Shown here piece after piece: positions 37,690 to 49,553 of a stretch of 64,000 nucleotides of DNA (within the stretch, counting starts at the first letter, position 1; each line of letters opens with the position of its first letter). A model generated the notes under the pieces. It did no database searches. It was not told the origin of the DNA and saw only the letters and a list, made by a program, of their open reading frames with translations. The DNA is from Lepidodermella squamata. Lineage: Eukaryota; Animalia; Gastrotricha. The stretch lies in the NCBI GenBank assembly GCA_047495785.1, contig JBLDXI010000007.1, positions 2,914,001-2,978,000 of the forward strand, in the 5' to 3' direction. The position numbers were made by a program, and so were the translations under genes.

Positions 37690-38388
37690 ATGAAAAATCA
37701 CGATTCTTCGATTTGCCGCTCGGTGAAAAAATCCGGAAAATGTGCGATCGATACGGCTGAATTTCGGGCCTTGATGGCCGAACAATTTAGCTGGCTAGGT
37801 GATTCTCGTCAAATCGGCCTCGACAATGTGAAGCTGTCGCAGCTGAAATCGACGGTTCTGCTTTTATCGAATTGGTTGTTCACTGAAACTTTAAGCGGAC
37901 CTTATTTTCTAATCTCAGTAAGAACTCGAGCGTTGAATTTATTAGAGGCCGCCTATGCGGTAATTAATTTTATTACAACCGAAATTCGCTACATTATTCG
38001 TCTTCGTCAAAACGAAAGCACGACGACGAAGAATTTTATGGTAATCTGGGAGCTGCTCGGATACCGATCTGATCTACAGCGAAAAATATTCCTCGAGTAC
38101 GGTCAAAGGAAAAATCTCGACTTCAACGTCTGGCTGGAAATACTGGAAATTTGGATGCGGAGTGAAATCGCCAAATCGCCAAGTCAAAGCAGGACATTGA
38201 ATACAGTATTTGGAGCGACGATTTTCGATTTCAGCTCGTTCGGCGATTCTGAAGCTACCGTTCGGTTTCTAAAAGCGTAAGTCTGCGATTGAATCCCTGC
38301 CAGTACCGAAAATTTCTCGCTATTTTGAAGATTTTAAAGTGGCAGTGGATTTTTCAGAAATCAGCGGATGTTGGTTTAGTGATAATTG
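37690..38388 (+). pseudogene. B1-type pseudogene (B3) with an internal deletion
   Basis: Mid exon 1 (GAAGAATTT) is fused to mid exon 2 (ATCTGGGAGCTGCTCGG); several frameshifts. Confidence 0.85.
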
Positions 38389-38509
38389 AAATAAATAATT
38401 AACCCACGCAGTTTTACGTTGAACTGAAATCACTGAGTAACTTCCGTGAAATTTTGAACAAAGTTGAAAAGTTGGCAGCGCGGCACAAGGAACCTCAAGG
38501 CATGTTTAG

Positions 38510-38955
38510 TGCTGTCTAACCCGGACTCTGGTAGCGCCGGGCAAAACAGTCCGGTTAAGACAAAGTCCGGATTATTTTAAATCGGAATGAGTCCGTCCGT
38601 ATTAGGAAATATTAGTAAAAAATTACGTTAACTTTCACGTGATTTTTCAAATCTTCGAAGTTCGAAGTCATTCAAGTCATACCTTTCCTCATAAAAATTG
38701 AACTAAATAACCCTTGGTACTAAATCCGGGATGCTTGCCCGATTGCAAAATTTTAAATTGTTGAGGTGTGCCTGGCAGGTGCTTGCATTTTACTCCAAAT
38801 GGTCTACAAAATCGACCTTTTTCATGCCTAACTCAGACCCCGAAATCCGTCCGGTTTATACCACCAGTCCGGTTCAGCCAGTAAATTTACTTTGTCAAGT
38901 CGACTCTTTTGGATCGAGCCAACCAAAAGCATCCGGTTTAGACAAATTACACTGT
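38510..38955. mobile_element. Degenerate TIR element, duplicated at about 44290-44717 and 55220-55600
   Basis: TGTCTAAxCCGGA at the left end versus TCCGGTTTAGACA...CACTGT at the right end. Confidence 0.5.
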
Positions 38956-39349
38956 CTTTATATTTTGCTTATAAAATAAAACTTTCAGCTCAACTTTCCG
39001 CTTTCAACAAACAATAACTTGTTGAAGAAATGTGTACACGTAGGCGATGTAGGTTTTTATCGTTACACAGACTGCAGTAAAACTTATTGCCATGAATCCG
39101 TCTAGTAGTATAGGGTTTACAATGATTAAACGTCAGAAGAGTAATATATAGGCATACTTATTGCTTATTATTCATTCAGCTTACTTTTACAATTTCAAAT
39201 TCTTATTATTATCATTTTTTACTGTTAACACATTAGTATTCGCTTAACTGTAGAAAAACTGTGGCTATATAGCTTCTAAAATGCTCACGTATTTTCCCCC
39301 GCCCCCTTCCCCATAGAACCTCCTATTTAGTCCACAAATAAAAAAGGGT

Positions 39350-40364
39350 GTACATTTTCCTACCATCAATTTTGGGACTTTCACCATCAAATTTCGTCTT
39401 TTAGCAACGAAACCAATGTCGCCATCAATTTAGGTACTTTCGCCAGTGTAACTTGCGTGACGAGTAGTAAAAGGCACTGCGTAAACTGCTAAGCTTTATT
39501 TATTTATTTATTTAAGAGCACAAATCCCAAAGTTGAGAGCTCGCAGAAAAGAAAGTTTGCTTGAATCAAAAATGAGTAGCAGATTATCTTGTCAATTCGG
39601 TCCGTTTCAGCATCAGTATATCCGTATATCAGTAAATATATATTTACAAAAAGCCGTAAACCTTGCACAATGAGCCCGGCCGCCAGCCGCTTCCGAGGCC
39701 ACGGAGAATCCAATATGGCGTCCGGTGACATCGGTCACGGCGGCAGCCGTCTCATATATCTACCAGGCCGCGGATCGCCGCCGTCACGGCTCGGCGGGCA
39801 GCCGGTGATCGGCGTCGCATTCGCTTCACCGGTGGCCAGCTGTGCCGCGTTGCGTAACGGCGGTTACAGCCAGCAAAATGGTTTTTCTCGCCAACAAATC
39901 CGAAAATACCCGCTAATTAAGCCCAGAGTTGTTGCCAAAAAGCGTGCCAAATCGTTGGCGCGGGCGGTTAAGTCTGATTTGGGATTTTTCGCATGTCAGT
40001 TTTGAAGTAAAAGTTTTACTTAACTCAATTACATGAAATTCTACATGAAATTTTAATTTACTTCTTACCTTATAGTATTACCCTAAAACTGACATGAGCA
40101 AGCTCTAATTCCTCTGCGCTAACGATGGCACGCCACTTGGCTATGTTTTGAACAACTTTAGGCTAAATCAGCGGGTATTTTCGGATTTGTTGGCGAGAAA
40201 AGCCATTTTGCTGGCGAAAGTACCTAAATTGATGGCGACATTGGTTTCTTTGATGGTGAAAGTCCCAAAATTGATGGTGAAATTTGAATTTTCCGGTTTG
40301 ATGGTGAACGTCTCGAAATTGATGGTGAAAGTCCCGAAATTGATTGCAGAAAGCATTTTCCCCA
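39350..40364. mobile_element. Foldback-like insertion with ~21-bp subrepeats
   Basis: Absent at the homologous sites 45125 and 55980, and flanked by the direct repeat AATAAAAAAGG(G)TGT. The left arm (39362-39446 plus 39869-39925) is the reverse complement of 40160-40280. The unit is AAATTGATGGTGAAAGTCCC. Confidence 0.75.
39447..39868 (-). mobile_element. Solo LTR (422 bp)
   Basis: TGTAAC...GTTACA termini and a perfect 5-bp TSD GCCAG (39442-39446, 39869-39873). AATAAA runs lie on the minus strand near 39500. It splits the arm of the foldback element. Confidence 0.85.
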
Positions 40365-40506
40365 ATAAAAAAGGTGTTCCTCCAGTTAAATAACCACTCG
40401 CATGCATACCAACCTCTACACATAGCCACATTTTTTACAGTGTTAAAATTAGATGTTACGATGCTGCTGCACGAGGAAAAAATCAGAAATCAATCAACAT
40501 ATCAAA

Positions 40507-42780
40507 ATGGAGGAAGATCACGACTCTTCTATTTGCCGTTCCGTGAAAATGTCTGGAAAATGTGCGATTGATACGCCCGAGTTTCGAACTTTAATGGCCG
40601 AACAATTCAGCTGGCTAGCTAATTCCGGGCACGCCGGCCTCGAAAACATGACACTGGCCTCGGCCGCTGACCATCTCGATTTTATCGAGCTTGTCCCTGA
40701 AAATCTTTTCGAGGGCCACTTTCTGGTCTCAACTCAACCGCAAGGTACGAGGGATCTATCAATAGCTGCCAAGAGTATTATTCAAGCTATTGTGAATCGA
40801 AATTCTTCATCGCTGAAATTTGAGCCCCTCGACGCTGCTTTGCTCTATGTCGCCTTTTGTTACAATTATTTGGCGGTTTTTCGACGAGTGTACGCGGCTA
40901 AACTATCAGTTATTCCACCGTGTTTCGCCTCAGCGTTATTGATCAAGATGATTCGACTGAGTGGCAGCTTGGACATGTTAAATATTTCATGTTTCATGTG
41001 AATATCTTTAAATATTTTATTAGAGATCACCACTGCTCAACGGCGCTTTTTCTAGTTGAAAGCGGGGCGGAGTTGAATGATAAAGATGTCGATAGTAAGT
41101 GACGATTTCTTTTCATTTAAATTGATGTATTAGATACCAATGTATTTCTCCAAAATCAAAATTGGGGTTACCGAAAGTAGAGGTGCAGCGGTTATAATTA
41201 AAAGCTCGGCCCGAACCGGCGGGCCGGGCCGTCAAACTTCTGACGAGGCCCGGGTTAACCCGGGTTTGACCGCGGTTAACCGAATTAACCGTTATATATT
41301 TGAAAATTCTGAAAAATCGATCAAAATCGATGATCGATTATCGATATTCGATAATTCGGTATACAGGATGACAAAATGGATTGAAAATACGGAAAAGATT
41401 TTCAGCCCCAACCGTTCACAGATGAGCGTTTGGCAAGGGGGTCCCATATCTTCTTTCTGAGTGATCGAGCTTCAGCGATTTTTCGCAAATCGATAGTATA
41501 TGAAAGTATTGGCAAATTTGGTACCGCTGGAAAGCCCATGAAGCAAGCTATTTTTCAGGGAAGTTTTTATATTTTTATCAGTTATGCACAAATTGATATT
41601 CGGGGCTAAAGCTCTAAGTGTCCAAATTTGGGGTGTTTTTGGGCGTGTCACGGTAAAGAGCGGCAGAGCGAAAAATTATATTTCTCAATTTTTTGAAAAC
41701 CAGATGATGCGCCATCTTTTCATAATTTCATGTCCAAATCGTACCAATTCTGTTTTTGATCGCCAAAAATCAGGTAAAAATCGATAAATCGGGGCTCACC
41801 TTACACCTTACACCTTACTCCTGGAATAGAACTGATTTTTTATTGTTAATCATCGAGAAACATGGTTTTGTCCATAATTTCCTGCTCTTACTGTATTGTT
41901 ATATGTTATGAAGCGGACAATTTTTCCCAATGATTAGTTCATTTTTTCAGGAGCACTTCCTGCGATTATTTGGAGTTTCAGACCAGTCAGCGGCCAGTAT
42001 CAGTCGGCGATATTGTGGACAAAAAGTCGCCTGTTATCGTTAATGATACCGAAAATGCCTCCAACGTCGCTGGTAAAATTCCATGGGGAAAGGGGCCTTG
42101 TCGATAATTTGAGCATGCTATTACCTGCGATTTGCAACCATCCTGTGATTATGGAGAAAATTTGCGATGCATTTCAACACTCAACGAGCCGACCGACTTT
42201 CAACTGGGTTGACTTCTTCATTGGCCGCGTAGTATTTACGTCTGCCAATGAAACTTTGGCTAGAGAATACGTCAGTCTTACTTTAAAATATATCATTCTA
42301 CCACTTTTACGGTCTGGCTTCACGGCTCGCAAAAATCTCTATTCGTCTCACAACCCAGAGAGCTGCATGGTTACTTTTCGCGGCATTTGGGAACTACTTA
42401 AAAATGAGTCTGAATTGCAGCACAAATTCCTGGCGGCTGTCCTTCAATGCGTCAGCGAAAGAACGTTTGACAGTTGGTCAAGCCGGATGGAAGCACTTAC
42501 GCTATGTCAAGGAAGAGCCCAGGCTGAAATCGATCAAACGAATAAGGCACTTGAAAATTTTAGGCGGCGATATTTCAACTCTCTGCAAAATTCAGCTCGT
42601 TTCGCCATTTGGAGGCAACTACCCTGGGGCATGAGTAGGCGCAAATCGGCTATTGACAGCCTGCCTCTTCCGAAATGTCTCGCGAATTATCTTCAATTTG
42701 ATGATCTCGATTTTGCTGTTGATTTGTCGTATATGAACGCAGTTTGGTTTGGTAATGTGAGTGGTTTAATAATGTGGTGA
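40507..42780 (+). pseudogene. SOCS-box gene B4 with a frameshift near 41000; exons 40507..41094 and 41951..42780
   Basis: Full-length homology to B2/B6, but a net +2 nt in the variable patch gives TGA at 40999. A weak 47-nt intron (40977-41023) or a sequence error could rescue it. Confidence 0.65.
41178..41660. mobile_element. One-ended hAT-like remnant in the B4 intron
   Basis: Homology to the B6 intron stops exactly at TAGAGGTGCAGCGG. GC-rich subterminal palindromes (CCCGGGTTAACCCGGG) follow, but no right TIR was found. Confidence 0.45.
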
Positions 42781-43071
42781 TGGTGGTGCGGTCGAGCGGT
42801 CGGGTATTTTTTAGCTGATTAATTAGATGGAGATGAATGAAAAATACAGGCAAAAACTACTACCACAACAAAATTCACCACCTCACCACCACACCATCGA
42901 CGCAGCAAATAAAAATGGACTTCGACCCTGCAAACCCGGCCTACAATGTCATGTTTTCTTTTCATGTAATTAACACTTGAATACAGGTGCGTGTGTCAAT
43001 TGTCTAATTAGAATGCAACATTAAAATAATTGAAATTGAATGCGCTTATTTTTAGTATTTTTGAAATTGAG

Positions 43072-43750
43072 ATGAAAAATCACGATTCTTTAATTTGCCG
43101 CTCGGTGAAAAAATCCGGAAAATGTGTGATCGATATTTCGGGCCTTGGTGGCCGAAAAATTTACCTGGCTAGCTGATTCTCGTCAAATCGGTCTCGATAA
43201 TTTGAAACTATCCGCTGAAACCGACGGTTCTGATTTCATCGAATTGGTTTTTGAAACAATTTTCGGTCCTCATTTTCTAGTCTCTGCAAGACCTCAAGTC
43301 TTGGATTCATCAAAGGCCGCCGATGCTGTTATTAAATTTATTAAAAACCGAAATCCGCTAAAATATTCGTTTCGTCAAAACGAAAGCACGATGACGAAGA
43401 ATTTCATGGAAATCTGGAAGCTGCTCGGATCCGGATCTGATCTACAGCGAAACATTTTCCTTGATTCTGGTCAAAGGAAAAATCCCGAGTTCAAAGACTG
43501 GCTGGAAATGCTGAAATTTGGATTGAAATCGCCACATCGCCAAACAGGAAATTGGATATGTCGGGCGACGATTTACGATTTCGCTTGAGAGTTCAGCTAG
43601 TTCGGCGATTCTGAAGCAGCTACCTTTCGGTTTCAGCAAGCGTAAAGCGACGATTGAATCCTGCCGATACCGAAATGTCTCGCTAATTATCTGAAATTTG
43701 AAGATTTCACCACGGCAGTTGATTTGTCAGAAATTAGCGGATATTGGTTA
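43072..43750 (+). pseudogene. B1-type pseudogene (B5)
   Basis: Carries the same internal deletion as B3, plus different frameshifts. Confidence 0.85.
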
Positions 43751-43786
43751 AAATTAAATTATAACAATTAACTAGAGCAGTTTTAA

Positions 43787-44206
43787 CCCTTTTACGGCGG
43801 GAAGGACGATTTCGGAACTTCGAATTTCAACAACTTCGAAAATTCAAGATGAAATTCAGAAAATTGAATTCGATGAATTCTTGATGGCCCTTTTGAGGAA
43901 TTGCTTTTCGATGTTGGCTACAAGGTTTTGAGACCAGGAAACTGTTATCTTGCATGGTCAGGACATACTAGCAAAATAGTCAACCGAAGATTGAAATTTC
44001 GATTTTTTCAACTTTAAATCGCATAGGTTTCTGATCATTTTTTGATCCAACACAAAATACCACCGTTTCCGCCATAGTCTCATTGACCTTTGTGTGATAG
44101 ATAAAGACAAACGGATTCCAAAATCGTCATCAGGGCCTTCGAAAATCCCTAGAACTGCCGTCAAATATTTTTTCTCTCGCAGATAAATAATTCCGCCTTG
44201 AAAGGG
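43787..44206 (+). mobile_element. piggyBac-like MITE
   Basis: TTAA|CCCTTTTACGGCGG...CCGCCTTGAAAGGG|TCAA. The empty site is at about 38410 (GCAGTTTTACGTTGAAC). Confidence 0.85.
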
Positions 44207-45236
44207 TCAAGTTGAACTGAGATCACAAAGTAACTTCCGGGAAAATTGCAGAAGTTGGCAGCGTGGCAGAAGGAACCTCCAGGCTTGTGTAGTGCTGTCT
44301 AAACCGGACTCTGGTCGCGCCAGGCAAAACATTCCGGTTAAGACAAAGCACGGATTAGGAAATATGAGTAAAATATAAACTAAACTTCAGGATTTTTCCT
44401 ATTATTTTTGGAAGTTCGGAGTCATTTGAGTCATACCTTTCCTCATAAATAATTGAACTACATAGACCCTTGGTGCCAAATCCGGGATACTTGCCCGATC
44501 GAAAAATTTCTAATTGTTGAGATGTCTCGTGACTGGCAGGTGCTTGCATTTTTACTTCAAATACCCTACAAAATCGAGCTTTTTCATGCCTAACTCAGAC
44601 CCCGAAATCCGTCCGGTTTATACCACCAGTCCGGTTTAGCCAGTAAACTTACTTTGTAAAGTCGACTCTTTTGGATCGAGCCAACCAAAAGCGTCCGGTT
44701 TAGACAAATTACACTGTATTAATATTTTACTTGTTACTTATAAAATAAACCTTTCAGCCTAACTTGCCGGTAAGAAGCTTTCCGCTTTCAACAAACAAGA
44801 ACTTGTTGAAAAAGTGTGTGCATGTAGGCGACGTGGGTTTTATCGTTACACAGACTGCTGTAAAACTTATTGCCATGAATCCGTCCAGTAGTATACGGTT
44901 TACAATGAGTTAACGTCAGAAGAGTAATATATAGGCATACCTATTGCTTAATATTCATTCAGCTTACTTTTACAATTTCAAATTTTTATCATTATCATTA
45001 TTTTTTACTGTTAACACTTTAGTATTCGCTTAACTGTAAAAACGCTGTGGCTATATAGCTTCTAAAATGCTCACGTATTTACCCCCGCCTCCTCCCCCAT
45101 AGAACCTCCTATTTAGTCCACAAATAAAAAGGTGTTCCTCCAGCTAAGTAACCACTCGTGCTCAATACCAACGTCTACATATAGCTACATTTTTTTACAG
45201 TGTTGGTAAAAATCTGAAATCATTCAAAATATCAAA

Positions 45237-48200
45237 ATGGAAAATCACGATTCTTCTATTTGCCGTTCCGTGAAAATGTCTGGAAAATGTGCGATTGATA
45301 CGCCCGTATTTCGAAATTTAATGGCTAAACAATTTAGCTGGCTAGCTAATTCCGGGCACGCCGGCCTCGAAAACATGAAACTGGCCTCGGCGACTGATGG
45401 CCGCGATTTTATCGAGCTTGTCCCGAAAAATATGTTCGAGGGCCACTTTCTGGTCTCAACTCTACCGCAAGGCACGAGGGATCTATCAATAGCTGCCAAG
45501 GGTATTATTCAAGCTATTACGAATCGAAATTCTTCATCGCTGAAGCGGAAACATGACGATGATGATGATGATGGCCAATTCAAGTTTGAGCCCCTCGACG
45601 CTGCTTTGCTCTATGTCGCTCTTTGTTTCTGTGAATTCGCGATTTTTCGACGAGTTTACACGGCTAAACTACCAGTGATTCCACCGTGTTTCGCTTCCGC
45701 CATGTTGAACAGGATGCTTCACTTTGACAGTTTTGATGACAGCTGCTCAACGGCGCTTTTTTTAGTTGACAACGGGGCGGAGTTGAATGCCAAAGATGTC
45801 GACAGTAAGTGACGATTTCTTTTCACTGAAATTAACCGAGGGAATGTATTAGATAACAATCGTATTTCTCCAAAATCGAAATTGGGGTTGCCGAAAGACA
45901 ACAATTTTGGAAAATGTGCACTAAAAGTATTGTTCAAGAATTTTGGAACAGTAGCCACAGGCCGGAACCATCAGGTTTTGCGGGCAGTGGAGGCTTTAAA
46001 TTTACATAGTTTTCTCAACAATTTCTTCGTCCCATCACGATTTTCAAAAAAAATGATCTGAATTTCCATTCCAACCCTTTGCGATTATCGAATATGTTTG
46101 AAACTCTCGAAAGGTCTCACAAGTCAAATGAAAAATGAAACACCCTGCATCCTGCGATGTATTCTAGCTTGGCATCTTATGAATATTCCGCTAAGAATAT
46201 TTCATTTCATTTTCTGCTATTGAAAAGCCGCTGATTTCGTGTTTTCTTGAAATTTGGCAGGCGACTAGTAAAAATTGTGAGGTCGATTTTCGAATGCGTA
46301 ACTGTGCAATATTATGCTGAATAGTGTCCAAAATTATCCGCCAATTTTCTAAAAAACGACTAAAAATCGAAGAACGATAGTAAAATTGGGAAATTATTCA
46401 AGTTTGCTGCAAAAATGTCTCTTGTCTCCCTTTATCCTGTTATTTCATCATTTCTAAACCTAATTTTTAACCTGCGAAAATCATAGCTTCGCGCTGTAAG
46501 CCACTCCTCGAAACCTTCTGTGGATTTCAATTCCGTCAGACCAATTCCTAATTTTGACAATTTTGTTAGATGAATCTCACCTGAATATGGGCGACCAGGT
46601 TAATTTTCTCACGATATAAGGAGGATAGAGGCGTCTAAACCCCAAAGAAACCTGAATTCGAGTTTTATCTTCAGAATTACTAGGAAATTGTAAAAAATAA
46701 ACCAAAAATCACTTTTAACCTATATTATTTTTACTTAGCTCATAGCTCGGGGAAAATCTCCCAAAAAATTAATAATTCTGGGACGAAAATTGCAAGAGTA
46801 TCCTAAGACAGGGGTTCTCAAACTTTTTCGCGGCGGTGCCCCCATTTGGGGCACGCGACCAAAATAAGTAGACAGCTTCGCAAAAACATCTCGTAAAGCT
46901 GGGTGGCGCTTGTCAGCAACTTCTTTCAAAGACATAATACGCGAAGCGTCAGGAAGTAGTTGTTGAGCCGCTCTCATTTTGATTAAATCGCTTTTTAAAC
47001 CAGCTTTGGGGATGCGAAGGCACGTAGATAGTTCTGTTCTATCAGCATCGCTGAGACAGAGAGGGCCTGTCATGAATCGACAATAGAGTCGCAGCCTCTG
47101 GAAATCCAGGTAGCCAAAGCGTAGGCCAAACTCAGCCTTGACAGCTTCGAGACACACAAAAAAAGTCGTTCCTAGCCGCAGAAGCTGATGTAGCGCTACA
47201 CTCATTGACAGTCGGAAAATGGGACCAATCAATCGAATCCTCTTCCAAGCTGTCGATCAGCAAATTGAGCTTGAGTCTGAACTGGGGGATGGCAGTGACC
47301 AAATCGATCAACGTGTTATTCTTGCCTTGCAAAGCCGTGTTGAGCCCTCATTTTATTGCAGACAACGCATTACACACACGCACAAGGAGTTCGTTTTGCG
47401 TTTTATGAATGAGAAATAAGAAAACTGGAAACGGACAAAAATGGGCCGGCGTGCCCCAAGTCGCACGCATTCCCCGTCGGCCCTTCAAAATGCCCCAAGT
47501 CGCACGCGTGCCCCAGTTTGAGAACCCCTGTCCTAAGAGCGCCACTCGTTATCGAAAGAAGATCCATCGATTGGTTTTTGCAGGGCATTTACCTGAAGTT
47601 CAGGTGAAAATCGGGTAATTTCGGACTAAAGAAAATTAGTGAAAATTAGCAGAGTGAAAATTATATTTCTCAATTTTTTTGAAAACCAGATGATGCGCCA
47701 TCTGTTCATCATTTCATGTCCAAATTGTACCCAAAGAAGAGAATTTCACGACAAACACGATGGTTATTTTTTCGTAATTTTAGGATTTTTTAAACGGGTC
47801 AAAATTCATTTCACAGTTTTTGAGGTTGCAAATAAAATTCAAAATCGACAGGAATAACAGCGAAATTGAAGCACCATTTTTTGAAGGATTCTCGTTGGAA
47901 AAAACCATTACTTTTGGATTGGACATCTTAGCAAAACATGTGATTCACGCGCAAGGTTCGCGCTGTGTTCTGGTTTAGATTCATGCGCATGAATCACGTG
48001 GTTGTTTGTGTCTGTTTTGCTAACAAGCAAAAATTAATGGTGTTTACCACCGAGAAACTTCAAAAAATTGTTATAATTCAGTAAAAAATCGTTGAAGGTC
48101 AAAATTGGGCTCAAAAGGGAGCTCACCTCCAGGCGCGGTTAGATCCATCGACAATCGTTTCAATTTCACTTTCATTCTTGTCGATGATTTTCCATTTCAT

Positions 48201-49553
48201 TTGCAAGCTCAAAACCTATAAAGGACATTTTGAGCAATTTAAAAAAATCTTAAAATCACGAAAAAATAACCATCTCGTTCCTCTCAAAATTCTCTTTCGG
48301 GTTCTATCAACAAACTTGAGAGAACCAGCTCTGATTTAACGAAATCGATCGAATGAAAATCCACTTCTTTGTTTACTCTCCCACCGAAATTCGGACATCT
48401 TTTCATGATTCAGCTGAACATCTGCGACCCATGGTGTTCCGCTCTTTTCTCGTGAGTAGTCAGTCTATCTTAAATTATGTCTATGGTAGGCAGTCTATCC
48501 TAAATTATGTCTATGGCATTAGCCAATTCTGTTTTCGATCGCCAAAAATATAAGATAAAAATCGATAAATCGGGGCTCAACTTACACACCTTTGCACCAA
48601 AAACCATCGATTCCTGGAAAAGAACTGATTTTTAATTTTAATCATCGAAAAACATGGTTTTGTCCAAAATTTCCCGCGCTTTTGCTGTATTGTTATATTT
48701 TATGGAGCGGGCAATTTTTCCTAATAATTCATTCAATTTTTCAGGAGCTTTCTTTGCGATTGTTCGGAGTTTCAATTCACTCAGATACCAGTATCAGTCG
48801 GTGAAATTGTTGACAAAAAGTCGCCTGTTATCGTTAATGATACCGAAAGTGCCTCCAACGTCGCTGCTAAATTTCAATGGAAAACGGGATTTTGTCGATA
48901 ATTTGAGCATGCTATTACCTGCGATTTGCAAACATCCTGTGATTATGGAGAAAATGTGCGATGCATTTCAACACTCAACGCGCCGACCGACTTTCAGCTG
49001 GGCTGAGTTCTTCATTCACAGACATGAATATAGCGCTGCCAATGAAACTTTGGCTAGAGAATACTTCAGTCTTACTTTAAAATATATCATTCTACCACTT
49101 TTACGGTCTGGCTTCACGGCTAGTGAATATCAGGACCCATGGTTCTGTATGATTAATTTTAGCATCATTTGGGAACTACTTGGAAATGGGTCTGAATTGC
49201 AGCACAAATTCCTGTCGGCTGTCCTTCAATGCATCAGCGAAAGAACGTTTGACGGTTGGTCTAGCACGATGGAAGCACTTAGGCCCTGGGGTCGAGGAAG
49301 ATCCCAGGCTGAAATCGATCAAACGAATAAGGCACTTGAAAATTTAAGGCGGCGATATTTTTTTTCTCTTCAACATTCAGCTCGTTCCGCAATATTGAGG
49401 CAACTACCCTGGGGCATGAGCAGGCGCAAATCGGGTATTGATAGCCTGCCTCTTCCGAACTGTCTCGCGAATTATCTTCAATTTGATCATCTCGATTTTG
49501 CTGTTGATATTTCGAATATGAATATGAACGCAATTTGGTTTAGTGATAATTAG
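45237..49553 (+). CDS. SOCS-box protein B6; exons 45237..45804 and 48745..49553 (458 aa)
   Basis: Conserved phase-1 intron; in frame; SLQHSARSAILRQLP...LPLPNCLANYLQF. Confidence 0.85.
46809..47530 (-). mobile_element. hAT (Buster/Charlie-type) internal-deletion derivative with a transposase remnant
   Basis: 16-bp TIR CAGGGGTTCTCAAACT and an 8-bp TSD TCCTAAGA with central TA. Minus-strand LNTALQGKNNTLIDL..FRLKL..FP and HPALRDVFAKLSTYFG resemble the C-terminal half of a Buster/GTF2IRD2-type transposase. Confidence 0.9.
47730..48303. mobile_element. Long-TIR MITE in the B6 intron
   Basis: Imperfect inverted arms of about 110 bp (GATGGTTATTTTTTCGT / ACGAAAAAATAACCATC); absent from the B4 intron. 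Confidence 0.65.

Noticed and set aside
40148-40431. Repetitive ORFs (KVPKLMV / HHQFRDF) and a CRISPR-like periodic look
   Set aside because: This is a 21-bp minisatellite in a foldback arm. There are no unique spacers and no cas genes, and the context is eukaryotic.
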